Shown here: positions 1 through 14,051 of the stretch, piece after piece
How the letters are laid out: each line of letters opens with the position of its first letter
How positions within the stretch are numbered: position 1 is the stretch's first letter
Source: Catajapyx aquilonaris
Lineage: Eukaryota
DNA length: 64,000 nucleotides
Assembly (NCBI GenBank): GCA_000934665.2
Contig: KZ538486.1
Span: 62,001 to 126,000, forward strand
Direction: 5' to 3'
Notes under the pieces: generated by a model
What the model was told of the DNA's origin: nothing
Databases searched by the model: none
What the model saw: the letters and a program-made list of their open reading frames with translations, nothing else
Position numbers and translations under genes: made by a program

Positions 1-1848
1 CCCAGGCAGTTCCATCTCTGCAATGCTACCGGAACCACCATTATCTCCCCCCAGTTGCTTTTACCAGCAATTAAATCAGCCTCGGAATGAAAATCCTTTC
101 GTGTGTGCATTGCCTTTGGCACAGTCCTGCCGTAAAGCCATGGTAACGCCCGTCCTCCCTGGTCACACATCCCCAGCCAACGACAATAAGGTGTGCAAGA
201 CTGATCATTTCCATCAGCAGAATTGGACCCGGTTTATACCCCTCAGGATCCGACGCTTATAGTGATGCGAAGGACGCCGTAGACGCACTGCGACTAACCT
301 TGGCGCCACCCAGGCGCCACCTCCCCCATGCTTTTTTATCAGCACCAATCCATGGCATCTACTCCACTTTGCCAGAGGTTTAACCATGCAGCAGCCCTTC
401 CTGAATGACGAGGGATTGGGAAGTACAAGCTGACCCAAAACGTCCCAGCATATAGCCCTAGCGCACGCAAATATTTGCAACGTGCTTTGACTACCTGCCG
501 AACATCAATCGGACTTTTTATTGGGTTACGCGGTACAGACGGGGTTAAATTTACACCCGGAAGCGGAAAGAGCGCGTAAATATGGCCAGATTTTTAAAAA
601 TAAACATTCGGCCTAAAATTTGCAATATCTGATCTTCCCTATGCAGAAAACATCTCACCTGTTGCCCCACCTTTTTTTAAAAAAAAACACGAATTGGTTG
701 AACCCTCGGGGTCACTATCAACCTTACTTTATTCCTCCCCACGCTAGTCATCACCAGTTGTTCCAAATCGATTCCTACCCAATATGGCCTCAAGTGTTGC
801 TCGATTCTTTCTCGCCACCTCTTATTCTTGTGCAATGACGTCACTGTTTCTCTTCGCCTCATGCGTATACAGGATCGATCTATGCTCGTGTATACGTCAC
901 CCTCACTGAACAAGACTAATTTGGCTTTTTGGTTAACCCCATGGGCCCGGACATCCCCTGCCCCTACATAACACTGCCATTACCCTGCCTTTTTTCTCCC
1001 CTGAGGCTATATATTTGGTTGAAGCCAACAATGGTAGACCAGGCCAAAAACCAATGCAAGACACACAATTTCCTGATTTTTTATATTTTTAAAACATTTT
1101 GATTTGGATACCCTATCATTGAGTGGCGATGGACGGTTACACATTTACATAATTCCTTGATTTTTTAAAAGTGGGAATTTATGTACCGACTTGGAGACGG
1201 TACCGTCTACGAAAAATCAGTGTTTCACCTGCCTCCACTTCAAATTCTACTCCAATTCCGCCCCTAAAAAGTTAAGAACCGCCCTCCTTTGCATTTTTCA
1301 CTAGTTTCCTCTTAAATAGTACAAAGCTCCACTATACAAAGCTGAGCCTCCCTTGTTTACCCGACGGTTGGGTGTGGTTCCCACAAAATTCTTGCAAGTC
1401 AATTTGCAGTCGTCACGCGCTTCATTACATTACCCTAATGTCAGCGACTCTACCAGCTAATGAGGAAGTAGGTGGTGCACTCGAGGAACTTTGGAAGGAA
1501 GCGGAACCCCCCATTTTGGTTCTTCATCACCCTCATGCTCTCAAAATACACGTCAATGAGTTTACGTTTCCAGGTAGTGTGTCCCTGTCAGTCGGATTGC
1601 CTGCACTATTTATGCATATTGATCGCTCAATCCATAGATATGCAGTGGCTCAGACGCGATACAACCTGAAACTTTGCTCGATATTAGACATCAAATCCAA
1701 GTCCCATTAGACGCTTCTATCGGCGAAGTTGGGAGGATCAGAGAAACACCATGGGTCCTTGTTGCCCTGGCAACTGTATACAATTGACGTCAGCGGTTCC
1801 TTTCCCATGTCGTATCCTTATTTTTTTGTACAGTGTTGGACATTAGCC

Positions 1849-2049
1849 GCGTCATACTGCTTGCGACATTTATGACGTGCAGAAGTGCAAATCGAAGTGA
1901 TAGAGTGTGAGACGTGCGACTAAGTGCGAGTGACGTCCCCAGCCAGTGACGTCACCCATGGGCTACCATTTCTTACTCGCACGGCTCGCACTCTACCACT
2001 TCGATTTGCACGGCTGCCGCATCAGAAAATGTCGCTAGCAGTATGACGC
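1849..2049. mobile_element. Degenerate fold-back (MITE-like) element in FLOT2 intron 1
   Basis: Left arm GCGTCATACTGCTTGCGACATTT...GTGCAAATCGAAGTGATAGAGTG is the imperfect reverse complement of the right arm CACTCTACCACTTCGATTTGCAC...AAATGTCGCTAGCAGTATGACGC. No clean TSD seen. Confidence 0.6.
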
Positions 2050-5000
2050 ACACGCACAGTATATACACCACACATCAGCTACTGGTCACTAACCAACCTG
2101 ATGATTCTGCAAGACTATACATGTTTCGACAAAAAAACACGAATTCTTGCAGACATTCCTTCTAGTATAGCCCCAACCCCTGCAAATCAAAAGGGGGGTT
2201 ATCGGATTTCCCAAAATAGCAGACCTAGGTTCTTCTCCAGCATTAGTGCCTATATTTTTCCTCCCTGCTCGATCCTCCCCATGACAGGATTACTTGAAAG
2301 GGAAGTCTGTTGTAAAACCGCTCATTTTCTCTACAAGTGACGTAGAATGATAAGTTGGACAATTTCATGCATTCAGCCTCTTCAGGCTGTCGCCAAAAGG
2401 AAGCCATTTCCTTTGACATAGTGAAAGATCCTAATTTCCACCCTTCCTCGTGCAACTCCCGGACGATACGCCCTTGTGTATAGACACTTGAGCGCATTGA
2501 CTCATGGTGAAAACCCTATACCCCCATTTACCTTCAGAAATAGCACCAAGGATGTTTTGCTGTTTTACCATTCTTATGCAAAGTACCTCTCACACGTGGT
2601 GAATAGTAATGGGTCACTGCACCCTTACACGTGACCGGCTCACATTACTTGGCGAGTTCGCATAATTTGTTGGTGAGAAATATGCTCCCTTTGTAAATAT
2701 CACACATTCAACTTCCAAACTGACGCGTTGCATATTTGTCACTGGTACTAACAAACGATGTCTTATCTTCAAACCCTACGTCATATGAGATCATGCCGGA
2801 AGTAGGAGTGCGTTCACAAATATGGTTTTTATCAGCGTTTGGTTTCAGATGGGCTTCAACCAGAGTGCTTAATGCGACCGTTTTATCATACAATTTGCAA
2901 GTCTTATCTTACACGCGTATGGTCCTCTACAGACTTGCGGCACTTCGATAACCTACTGATAACTACATCTGGTTGTCATTAAATTACAACCACGATATAT
3001 TTCTGTAATTGCCCATTAAATTTTAAGCACAGCTTCCGCCCAAGGCCAACTTCCCACTTATTCGTATACTCACATACTGCCAATACCAATTCAAAAAACC
3101 GATCCCAAACATAAACACCACCATCCTATACACTCCCTCACAAATAAAAAGCGCCATCCAGAAAAGTGTCCACCCCGATTCCAGTTGGCCCACAGACCAT
3201 TTCCAATCCAATTTCCTCCTCACTTATCCGGCACCGGCGCCGAAAATCTCGTTAATGGGCCAAGTCTCTCCTATCCCCCCCAGATAACCCCTTCATGCCC
3301 AGTAAAATAACCGAAAAAGAGTGGCCTCTTCCTGCCTAGCCCCCACCTCAAAGCCTTCGACCGGTGTTAATTTCCCAGAACGTTTTGCGTGCGGTGGCAG
3401 GCAAGAAACTCATTCCTACTCATCTGATATGCACGACATTTCCATCTCAAGTGCCGGATTATATGAGACGAAATGCCAGGAGCAGCCTGGCTGCACAAGA
3501 CTAAGAAGGACCAAAGATCTATACAATAATAAAAAAGAAGGAACAAGAACCCTTCATCCGCAGGAAATTTTGCACTTTACAGCAGTTTTTTTCCCCCTTA
3601 TTTCTCCTTGGCGAGAGAGTAATGAGTCAATTACTTTTTCGCTTCGAAATTTCGCAGGAGAATGGAGAATAAGTTGATAAACTTCTTTATACAGTTTGGG
3701 CTTTGTTTTATAACCGCATGGGCGCCTGAGATTAAAGGAAAACGCGTTGGACACTCTCCTGGTATATACGGTACACAATAATATTACGGTCGAGTGCAAG
3801 GTGTGTTGCCTAGCCCACAGGATGCATAGCTGGCCACAATTTTGAAATCAACATTGAACACCTACACTGCAATATTACATTAAAAACACTAATACTGTGG
3901 CACGTCCATTATACCACAGAATGGCCCATATACGCGTAAACTAAACATAAGTTTATTTTCCTTCTGGCTTCTGCTGGGGAAACCCGCCTTCCCCTTTCTC
4001 CAATAAAGCAAATATGCTTTAATCCATAAGAAACGCATATGCCCGACAGCCCATTTAATAACCCCCGTACAAACTGCCTACATCGACCTGAACTACGCGC
4101 ACATGCTACCCATTCTTCTCATTGGCTCCCTCTCGAGAATACTGTCGACTCACACAAACGCCTGCCATTTGCGAAACCTGCATTATAAGACCTATGAATA
4201 TTTACTTCTCTACAAGCTTCTGATCAGAAACGAGCTATCCTTAATTAGGCTCAAATTACGACCTTGGCTTTTGACATATCCTAGATCATATACAATGGAA
4301 TGGCGGTGAATCAGGACACATGTGACGTTGAAGCTCTCTAATTGGTTGGGCATTTATCACATTTTCCCCACACTTCGACTCAGATTGGATCGAAATAAAA
4401 ATGTCAATATATCGGGACCACGTGATGTAATTTCCTGGTGACAAATGCTGGGGTGGGAGTGGGAAGAAGGCAGCTGGGCTGGTACGAGTCCCAGAAGACG
4501 TCAAAGGTTGTGACTTGCGAACAAACTCCATTTTTTTCCCCCTGGAGCTTTCCCATCCCCTACACAACACATCAGTTTTTGTCACAAGCTTGCTGCAGCA
4601 TTTAGAAAAGCAAATTGACATCAGGTGTAACATAGAAAAAGTCAATAAAGGCATTCATTATGCAGTACCAATACTGTAGTAATGTGCTTGTGGCTGTAGA
4701 TAACCAACAGCAAGAGGAAGTGCCAACAACATCTGCCTCTCTACTTCCTCTTCATGCAGCACAAAAAATGCACATTCAATTACCTCCTCATGCAATGAAA
4801 TGGGTAATCCCACAATGCATCTGCTGGCAATGTTGGACGCACTCATTCGGATAATTCAAGTGTAACACGGTGTTTCAAAATGTGTCTCACAGATCAAAGT
4901 GGACTATCCCAAGTACATTACTCATCAATTGAGTATGACCGGGACTTGTTCCATAGATTTTAAAAGGTATGCTCACAGTTTCACCCTCACAACATAGTCA

Positions 5001-5291
5001 CACCCGCAGTAACTTGTTCCTATCATGGTCAGGTGAACTTGAATTCCTTCAGAGTCAGCAGTGCATGACAAGGCCATGTGCAACTGGTGCTGCAGGCATG
5101 TCACCACTGTTACATGACAGCCATCATGAAATCATATTAATACCGGTATTTCTGGATGTGTTAAGCAAACTATCAATACCCCAAACAGGCTGTAGCATGG
5201 GTCATATTGTCAACATAACTCCAACCCTGTACCACACCAACACTGCTAACCAATAATCAGCAATACTTTCTATCCTCTGGCTTGCACTCAC

Positions 5292-5340
5292 CGGACACTA
5301 TCAGAGCTTCATTGGGCCCCACTGTGTAGATGTTTCCCAT
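5292..5340 (-). CDS. FLOT2: Flotillin-2, first coding exon only (rest of gene runs off the left end of the window)
   Basis: Minus strand from ATG 5340 reads MGNIYTVGPNEALIVS(G), then a G|GTGAGT donor (49-nt phase-1 exon). This matches the myristoylated flotillin-2 N-terminus MGNxHTxGPNEALxVSG. Too short for the ORF track. Confidence 0.9.
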
Positions 5341-5859
5341 GACTACTGCACTGCCGGCGTCTTGCGCTTCCCTAGTGTTCTGTTGGACGGATCCACTCCT
5401 GGCTAGCTGGCTTCCCTTTTTTCTTCAACTATGATTATAGCAAATCAGCGGTTGGGTAGCCCTTCTTCCCCCCGGGTCTGATCCTACACTCACCGTCACA
5501 CATACACACGTCAATCGAGCAGGGGACTGGCACGCCGCTGACACCAAAACTCTGTCGGTCAGTCCGACACAGCCGCGGAGGGAGGACTGACTGGACGGGG
5601 GAGGGGATGGATGGAGCGGGGACGGCGCCGGGGGCGGGAGGGCGGCGGAAGGACAAGGCGATGCGAGGACGACGAAATAATCGAACGCTACATCTAAAGC
5701 ACACGGGATGTGACGACGACAAACAACACTTGTTAAAAAAGTGACGGCACGGTTCCTTTTCCTGGCAGACACACTCACTCGCGTCCCAGGACGCTTCGGC
5801 TTGATTCGGGAATCACTCTCGGGGAGTCGTCGGGGACAAGCGGTGGGGGGATGGCGGGC

Positions 5860-5990
5860 AATATTGGATTATGCAACTGAGCCATGTTGAAGCCGGGGAT
5901 GTGGGCGGAAGGGGCGGACATATTGCAGGTTCTGACCAATCACATTGCCTGGATTGCATCACGTGATTGGGTGTTCCAACATGGCGGCGT
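5860..5990. promoter_or_regulatory. Bidirectional FLOT2/PPP4C promoter
   Basis: GC-rich region between divergent genes with GGGCGG boxes (~5903, ~5912), CCAAT 5936-5940, CACGTG 5960-5965, ATTGG 5966-5970 and YY1-like AACATGGCGG 5978-5987. Confidence 0.6.
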
Positions 5991-7108
5991 TGTTGCCTAG
6001 CTTCACCGCCAGCCACCCACAATGCACTGCGTCTTGTAGTTAACCCGGTTTGACTTTAATTCCAGCCCAATTCCGTTATTTGTCATTAATTATGAGACGC
6101 AATTAGGAGGCGTGAGAGTGCATTAAAACGCGGTTGGATGAGTGATGGACGGTGGGAGAAAAGAGCGACGCCCGCAGCTGCTCCATGCGGCAAAGGGCTG
6201 AACCAGCGTCTCCATCACCGTTCCTGAGGGCTGTTCCCCTGCACGATCCGGATCTGGGTGAGTTCTAGCCCCTTCCCGAGGGCCAGGCCCGCACCAGGGG
6301 CAGCGGGTCAAGGGTCAGGTTGGGAGGTGAAACACGGGGCAGGGATGGGGAGGGTAGAAGCGGGGCAGGGGTGATCCGGTGCGTGGCTGGAGGGGGCCTG
6401 TCGCTTTGTGTCTTTTTGGGGGGGATTGGCAGCAGCGTCTGACTCATAATCAGAGACCAGTTTCACAATGTTGGGCAGTGATATCTGATTGGAACTGGGA
6501 TTATAAATGCCAGGGATTAGTCAGGGGGAGACACACTGCATTGGAAGCTGGGATAAGGTGACTGGCCATCTGTGTGTGTAAGCCAGGGAGTTGGGTGGAA
6601 CATAGGTTACTCTGCTAATTATCGGGTAGGTTACTGTGATTTGGGCCACGGAATTACAGTTGTTAAGATTTGCTGGTAAACTATTAAATTTATGGCATGT
6701 AAATGTGGGTGCGTAGAGTGGCTTATGTAATGCACCCACATGCTTCACCACCTATTGCCTCATCATAGTGCATGTCTAAAAACTACACCAAGCATTGCCA
6801 CCAATCATGGAATAACTTGCAATGTGCAGTAAGGTATATAATTTTTGGCCAGTCCCATTAAGCTAGGCCTACTGCAGCTTGCAATAGTCTAATGGACACA
6901 ACCCAAGCAACACTTGACCCGACTTGACCTTACTGCTCATTGCAGATGTACCATTTTCCCCAAAAGCTACATTGGCGGTAGCTTAACACGAGGCTTAACA
7001 TTTTCAGATTCTGTTGTAGCACTTTGATACATATCATTTGATCCTCCTCGTTGCAGAGTGTTTTCCTGGCATTAAAGTGTGTCTTTATTCCACCAGAACA
7101 CAGCAACC

Positions 7109-8761
7109 ATGGGTGACTGCAGTGACCTTGACAGACAAATTGAACAGTTGAGACGCTGTGAGATAATCAAGGAGTCGGAAGTTAAAGCACTATGTGCCAA
7201 GGCGAGGGAGATTCTGGTTGAAGAGAGTAATGTGCAGAGGGTGGATTCACCTGTGACTGTAAGTCTTAATATGCAATTATTGTTGATGAATATATTCATG
7301 TAACAGAGAGTGCTAAATGGAATGTGAATTTCAGGTGTGTGGCGATATTCATGGCCAGTTCTATGACTTAAAAGAATTGTTTAAAGTTGGCGGGGATGTT
7401 CCCGATTCCAATTACCTCTTCATGGGTGACTTTGTGGATCGAGGGTTCTACAGCGTGGAGACCTTTCTCCTCCTCCTTGCCCTCAAGGTAAGGCGTACTG
7501 GATAATTGCATAAACTGATTACTTGAATAATAAGCAGAGAAATAGCTAACACTTTGATTTCAAATTTTGGTGCAGGTTCGTTATCCAGACCGAATCACGT
7601 TGATCCGAGGCAATCACGAGTCTCGCCAGATCACCCAAGTGTATGGTTTTTATGATGAATGTTTAAGGAAGTATGGCAGCATTACTGTGTGGCGTTACTG
7701 CACCGAGATATTTGACTACCTGAGCCTTTCGGCTATCATTGATGGAAAGGTAAATCCTCCCATGAGACACTTGCAGCTATAAGCACAAGAACCAGTAAGG
7801 GGCAGTTGCATGAACAATGCAACCCATAATAGTGTGTTTGATTGCTTGTTCTTATTTTACCATCAAACATGCAACTGGCCCTTATTGGGTTGATGGTTTG
7901 ATTTGATATGTAATTTGCTCATCATTTATGTTAATTGCAGATATTTTGTGTGCATGGAGGCTTGTCCCCCTCCATCCAAACTTTGGACCAGATCCGCACC
8001 ATTGATCGCAAGCAGGAGGTTCCACATGATGGTCCAATGTGTGACCTGTTGTGGTCTGATCCAGAAGGTGAGATTCAGCGCTGACCAAGTGTCAGTGCTT
8101 CTGTAACACTGGAAACCTTTTATACTTTTAGATACTCAAGGATGGGGCGTGAGTCCGCGTGGAGCTGGGTACCTATTCGGCTCTGATGTGGTAGCCCAGT
8201 TCAATGCGGCCAATGATATAGACATGATCTGCCGTGCTCATCAACTGGTAATGGAAGGTTACAAGTGGCATTTTAATGAAACCGTGCTCACTGTATGGTC
8301 TGCACCTAATTACTGCTACAGGTTAGTCCTTTCATACCTACACGGTTCAAAATATGACATGTACTGTAGTTGCATCATCATGCGCACACATTTTAGCAAC
8401 TATAAATTTTATAACACAAGCTGTATTTAGACTGAAGTACATGGCTGATATTTATTGGTGGTGGCATGTGGCTTTTAAGAAATTCTGGGAGTATTTAGCT
8501 TGACATTTTAAAAATGTAATTTAGCACTTGCTTTATATGTGATGTAACTATGTGCAACAAAGTACAATTTCGAAGAAATCTTAGATGTGGTATTCACTGT
8601 TTTGATTACCGTTGCCTAAATATTTCAACAGATGTGGGAATGTAGCAGCAATTCTCGAACTGGATGAGCACCTTCAGAGAGACTTCACAATCTTCGAGGC
8701 AGCACCGCAGGAAAGTCGAGGCATACCATCCAAGAAGCCTCAAGCAGATTATTTCCTCTAA
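7109..8761 (+). CDS. PPP4C: Ser/Thr protein phosphatase 4 catalytic subunit (307 aa, 6 coding exons)
   Basis: Exons 7109-7258, 7335-7487, 7576-7749, 7941-8067, 8132-8321 and 8632-8761 sum to 924 nt. GDIHGQ, GDFVDRG, RGNHE and SAPNYC motifs; N-terminus [15 protein letters not shown]-terminus DYFL. Confidence 0.97.
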
Positions 8762-9335
8762 AAGTGGGAGGTTCTACATTCAAAGCTAATTTTTGTTAAT
8801 TTTATCCCGTCATGGTCCCGATTGGGTTTTGTAACTTTCAATCCACAGCAACGGTTAATATTTCCAATTAATTTTTGCCCCCCTCCTTACTTGGTGTGTG
8901 GACAAGAGTGAAAATGGACCACATTGGACTGCCTGAACCTAGAACCGTTGGTGTGTGCGTGTGCAGTTTTGTACAGTATTTTTTTAACAAAAAGGACAGG
9001 CCACAGTGATGGAAGGAATTCCAAGGCTTGTTGTGTGTGTTAGAGAAGACTCCGAAAATTTTCAGTTTATGTTTTGATTCCGGTGACTCAGCACAATCGA
9101 GGAAACTGTCAGTGTCATCGCATGATTCTTGTGTACATAGGGCTGAAAATTACCTTCCGCGAATCAAATGTTTTTATCTATTGTGTTAGGATGTAGTCGG
9201 TAGTTCAACTTACACCATGATAGGATTCAGCCAAGAGAAAAATTTGCAGTACAAAATGGAACGATTTTATTGACTGCAGCCTGACAAATGTGTATCAACA
9301 TAGGAATTAAGTAAAACAAATGATTGAAGTCTAAA

Positions 9336-10411
9336 CTATTTGTTTTGCATCATTTGATTGACCTTTTCCAGTACTTCTCCACAGCGGCCTTCAACTTTGA
9401 CTTCTGCATGTTTGTCTCCCCTAGTGGAGCCAATATTTAATATGGCTATGGGCTTCTTTGTTTCTGTGGCTCGAAGAATGTATCTATATGCAGAGAATAC
9501 TGACAGAGATGAGCCAACTACCATGAGGGAGTCGGAGGTATCCAGAAGCTGAAATACGCTGTCAACGCGGGATCGAGGAACATTATCACCAAAGAAGACG
9601 ATGTCAGGTTTCAGTATTCCTCCACATTTGGAGCATGGAGGTACTATGAAGTTGGCCACTTCCTCCTAGAAATAGAGAGTTATCCACCTAAATGTGTCTG
9701 CAGAGCTAGAAGAAACAAAGCTGACGAGGGGAAAACTACTAGGGATGATCAATGTGCAGGTGTGAGCAAGGGAAAAGCACAAGTTGCTACTCCTTAAAAT
9801 GTGTGAAAATGCACCGGTCTGAGATCGACATCACCATCTGGCCGAATGTTGACAGCCTCTGCGATTAACCTGGGATTCTCCTGTGTCAAGACCATCTGAA
9901 AGTCATCTCTCTTGGTCTTATCCCTGCAGGTCAAGCACACCACCTCATGTCCAGTCCCATGCAGCTCGATCACTCCCTGGCTGCCAGCCTTATGGTGCAA
10001 ACGGTCAACATTCTGAGTCACCACTCCTGTCAGACTCCAGTCATCCTCCCACTGTGCCAGAATCTTGTGTGAATCATTGGGCTGCACCTTAGAGAACCGG
10101 GGCCATCCCACAAAGTTGCGTGCCCAGTACCTCCTTCGCACCGCATCGCTTCGGACAAACTCCTGGTAGGTGACAGGCCGTCTGTTGCTGCGTGCGTACA
10201 ACCCCACTCCTTCCGACCTGTAGTCTGGGATGCCACTTTCGGTCGAGACCCCAGCCCCTGTCAGCACCATGAACCCCTGGCCTTCTGATGACCTTGCTAG
10301 GAAATGGTGCAGGCAGGACACATCAGAACTCGGTGTCTCCGCATATTTCGGTACGTATGTCCACACATGCCGGCTGAGTGCTGCCTGTGAGGCTACAAGA
10401 CGACGGTACAT
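9336..10411 (-). CDS. SIRT4: NAD-dependent mitochondrial sirtuin 4
   Basis: Exons 10411-9815 and 9665-9336. GAGVSTESGIPDYRSEGVGLYARS, RRRYWARNFVGWPRF, QNVDRLH, RPDGDV and LKPDIVFFGDNVP are SIRT4 signatures. Confidence 0.95.
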
Positions 10412-10877
10412 TGCTACGTACCCAGTTGCAACCCTACCGCAATTATGTAACAAAATGCAACAAAGTTCAAGTACGGCGCCATGTTACTTTAATGTGCAAT
10501 TAAGGAACGAACCAACCTTTTACTTTACATTCCCGTGGTTACTACGACCGTTACATCGTTTTTAATTTGTAACCTAAATGGCAGCAATTATTACAAAAAA
10601 TATGCATTGTTAATTTACATTGTGCAAAATTGCATCCGTTCCTTCTGTCAGCCTTCAAAATGGCGCCTGTTCCTTCAGTTAATAAATCTGACTAATTTCT
10701 GGTTGATTTGTTGATCACTGCAGCACATACTTTTAAGGCAAGTACTTTCATTGCATGCACGACTATATTAATGTACTCTGAATGGGTGTGATAGGTTAAG
10801 TGAAAATTGGTGATGAAATGTTGCAATGAATTGAATCAATTATTGTGGCAGGATCCGTGGTCGCAGGAGCAGAGAGG

Positions 10878-11790
10878 ATGACCCTGTATGGCCCAGCGGG
10901 GCCTCATGCCCAGCCCAACTTCGCAGGGGCCGTTTCCCAGTTGCAGCACTTGTCCCCAGCAGAGCTGCGTGAGTTTCTGAATGAAGATTCCAAGGTGGAA
11001 AACCTGGTGCGGGAGCTAGACCAGGTGAAGCAGTTTGAGCAGGAGAAGCAAGTGGTCATTGCCAGCAACAAGTCCATTGCGGAGTTCAATCTGGGAAGGG
11101 AACCTAAACTCAGTCAAGCCAAGCAGAAACTCACAGAGACGTACAGCCAGGTGGCGGATCTGCTTGCAAAGGTGCAGGAGAAGAAAGAGGAGTTTGGTGA
11201 GGACATGTGTAGCTATTCGGGGTTGGAGCTAGGGCCTACAACTCAAAATTTACAATCATCATTTGGCAGTAATTGACAGCTTGAAATTACTGTGTTTCAC
11301 AAACTAAAAGTTGCTCATATTCATCGTATGTGGCACTTGATGACTTTGTGACAATCAGATGCAGAATATATAGGCTTCAAAGGTAATAACCATGATTCCA
11401 ATGGATATTCCAGACAAGCTATCAGGGCAACAGTCATTGGACGCTACTCTCAACCTCCTGAAAGAAGCAACCTCTACGGCAGAAGAAGAATCAGATGCTA
11501 TAATTGAGCGCTTCCTACAAGGGTCGCTGGATGTAGATGCTTTCTTGGAAGAGTATCAGTCAAAGCGCCAGGTGGCCCACATGCGCCGTGTAAAATCAGA
11601 GAAGATGGTGGAACTCATGAGAAACCAGCAGCGTAGACGAGTGTCTGATTCAGCTGCCTTACCACCCCCACTCTATCGCAGACCTGCACCACCACCTCCA
11701 CAGTCTGGGCCAATTCCATACCCCATCAGGCCAGTAGGAATGCCCCAACCGTACCCAAGTTTTGGTATGGGAATGGGATGGCCACAATAA
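10878..11790 (+). CDS. VPS37: ESCRT-I subunit VPS37 (B/C-like)
   Basis: Exons 10878-11196 and 11414-11790. Mod(r) domain (ASNKSIAEFNL...AEEESDAIIERFLQGSLDVDAFLEEYQSKRQVAHMRRVKSEK) followed by a Pro-rich tail. Confidence 0.9.
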
Positions 11791-12237
11791 ATTGTCCATT
11801 CAGATTGAATGAGCATGGTGTATATTACATTAGGTGCTTTTACTAAGGGACAGATGTGCTCAAGATGGTCATGATGGCATGTAGCCCACTCTCGACTCAA
11901 CTGCCTTGCAAAGTGAGTCAAGAGTCATGCCTATGTTATCATGACCACATCTTCAGCAGGTCTAGGGTCTAATATAACTGCACCTTACGACCTTCGTTTC
12001 TGGGCTGCCTAAAGGTTTCTTTCCTATCACTTGTTTCTCTGGTTAAAATGAGTACTATATGAGGTATAGTGAGTTTAGAGACATGCCCCAGAACTGTGAT
12101 CTTTGAAAGTGTGGCTTTCAAGAAATTATCAATTTCTGCCACATGTTCCCGAGCTGACTACCATACTATTAACAAGTTTTCAATAAATGATGTAATAAAG
12201 ATATGTTATCCTAAACCATTTTGATTTTACTTCCAAG

Positions 12238-12278
12238 GGGGTGGATTCATCAAATGTAATGTTTGATGAATCCACCCC
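12238..12278. repeat. Perfect 17-bp inverted repeat with 7-nt loop (probable minimal MITE remnant)
   Basis: GGGGTGGATTCATCAAA-tgtaatg-TTTGATGAATCCACCCC, flanked by AAG on both sides. Confidence 0.75.
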
Positions 12279-12489
12279 AAGGTTACCTCACTGTTGTCAT
12301 AAATCTAATTTTACAACATAAGGTTACATAAGGTGAAAGGCTGACATTGGGATTAGCCAGGCCATCAGCTGAAAGATACACACGTACCTGTCATATGTTG
12401 TCAACTGTATTTAACATATTTACAATAACGATTCCAACGACGCATACACATTTGTGTTTGGCGTAATGACTACAACAGTTTCATGGTAG

Positions 12490-13431
12490 TTATGTGTCGC
12501 TACCGCCACGTGGCCCCCGAGGATTATCTTGATTAGCCCTTGCCATAGTAAACATAAATCCAACACTAAACAGAAATATCATGGTGAAGAGCACAGAATG
12601 AGTTTGATACCGCCTCCTCTCGTAAAATTCATACTGCCTCTAGAAAGGAAACAGTGACAGGTAATAATAATTGGTATTTCATGCAATTATTTCATATGTG
12701 GTTCTTCAATAAGTTTTACCCTCGTTTTCCACTTCTCCTTTGCAGTCGCTTTCTTGGCCAATGTATCACTGTAATGCTGCCTGGACCACTCATCAAAATC
12801 ATAGATTGTTGTGCGGCCAGACATTGGTGTTGAAAATCTACGTTCGCCTCTGGTCTTTTCCCTCTCTGCCCTCAGCGCTTCTTCCATGTTCTCATACGTT
12901 GTGGTTGCATGAGGAAAGGGTCCACCAGCAGTATGTAAAATGCCTTTATCATACATTTTGCGAAGGCGATGGCTTCCTAAAACCTGCAACAGAATGTAGC
13001 TTTTTCAGGCTATTCCATTTGGTCAAGATAAATTATTGCATGCATGTTATTGGTGATGGTGGAAAATCTGTCTATCTTGCACACAATTTGGATCGGAAAT
13101 GTGAAAATGTCATATTGGCAATTCTCATATGATCTATCAAAAGTTGTGCTTTTAATAAATATCAACACACCTCGTATGCCAAAGTAATCTCCCTAAACTT
13201 GGTAGCCGCATCCTCCTTCCCCTTGTTCTTGTCTGGATGGTACCTCATGGACAGCTTGTAATAGGCAGCCTTGATTTCAGCCTGCGTCGCCTTAGGAGTC
13301 AGTTCCAACGACTCATAATACCCTTTATTATTCCAGGCAGCACTAGTGAAGATAGTCCTCAAACAGGGGCCACGTTCCACTGTGCATCCGTAACTTGCTC
13401 TCCCCCAGTTACATCTCAATGAGTTCATCAT
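12490..13431 (-). CDS. DNAJC30: Mitochondrial DnaJ homolog subfamily C member 30-like
   Basis: Exons 13431-13171, 12983-12720 and 12639-12490. J-domain YYESLELTPKATQAEIKAAYYKLSMRYHPDKN, YDFDEWSRQHY motif and a C-terminal hydrophobic segment. Confidence 0.85.
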
Positions 13432-14051
13432 GAACTACCCTTCCTCAGTTAGATGTTTACCTTGTTCTGACCTGACAATGCACTAGTTACTCCCAAAATA
13501 ACTAGAAGTTCCTGAAAGTGGCAGCGTTGACTCCTGTGCTTCTGACTGAGCTGACTGACTTGTGACTAGCTATTAATTAGGAGCCAGTGAATATTATGTC
13601 CCAGTGAAGTAAGAAAGCAACTGCAGGAATTTCACCAATGGAGGACGCCATGTTGAGATCAAAACAAATGAGGTTCGGGGAGGCTGCGTCCAAACTCATT
13701 GGCATCGTCCGAATTGCACAGGGCACAATACGTCATCAAAATTGCGGGCGATTTGAATGATTCGGATGAAGTAATCCTACAGTATCAAGCGGTAACTAGT
13801 GTTGCAATGAGGCCTAATATAGTGCTGACCTTACGGCACCTTACGGCTATTACAAAAAAAAGTCAAAAGTATCTTCCTAGCATCACGGAAACAAATCAGA
13901 GTGCTTGTCATACAATATGTCTATTCAAGTGTGTAGGGCAACTTCTTGGTCCTCTAGCATTCATGATCATATCTGAAATTCAACTAACACATTCTTCAGG
14001 TTCACACTGCAACCACATTCAACCAAAGCAACTGCCATTTAGTGCATGTAA

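Noticed and set aside
1..5290. Many 60-120 aa ORFs
   Set aside because: No motifs or coding bias; the region is best explained as FLOT2 intron 1, and FLOT2 exon 2 was not found.
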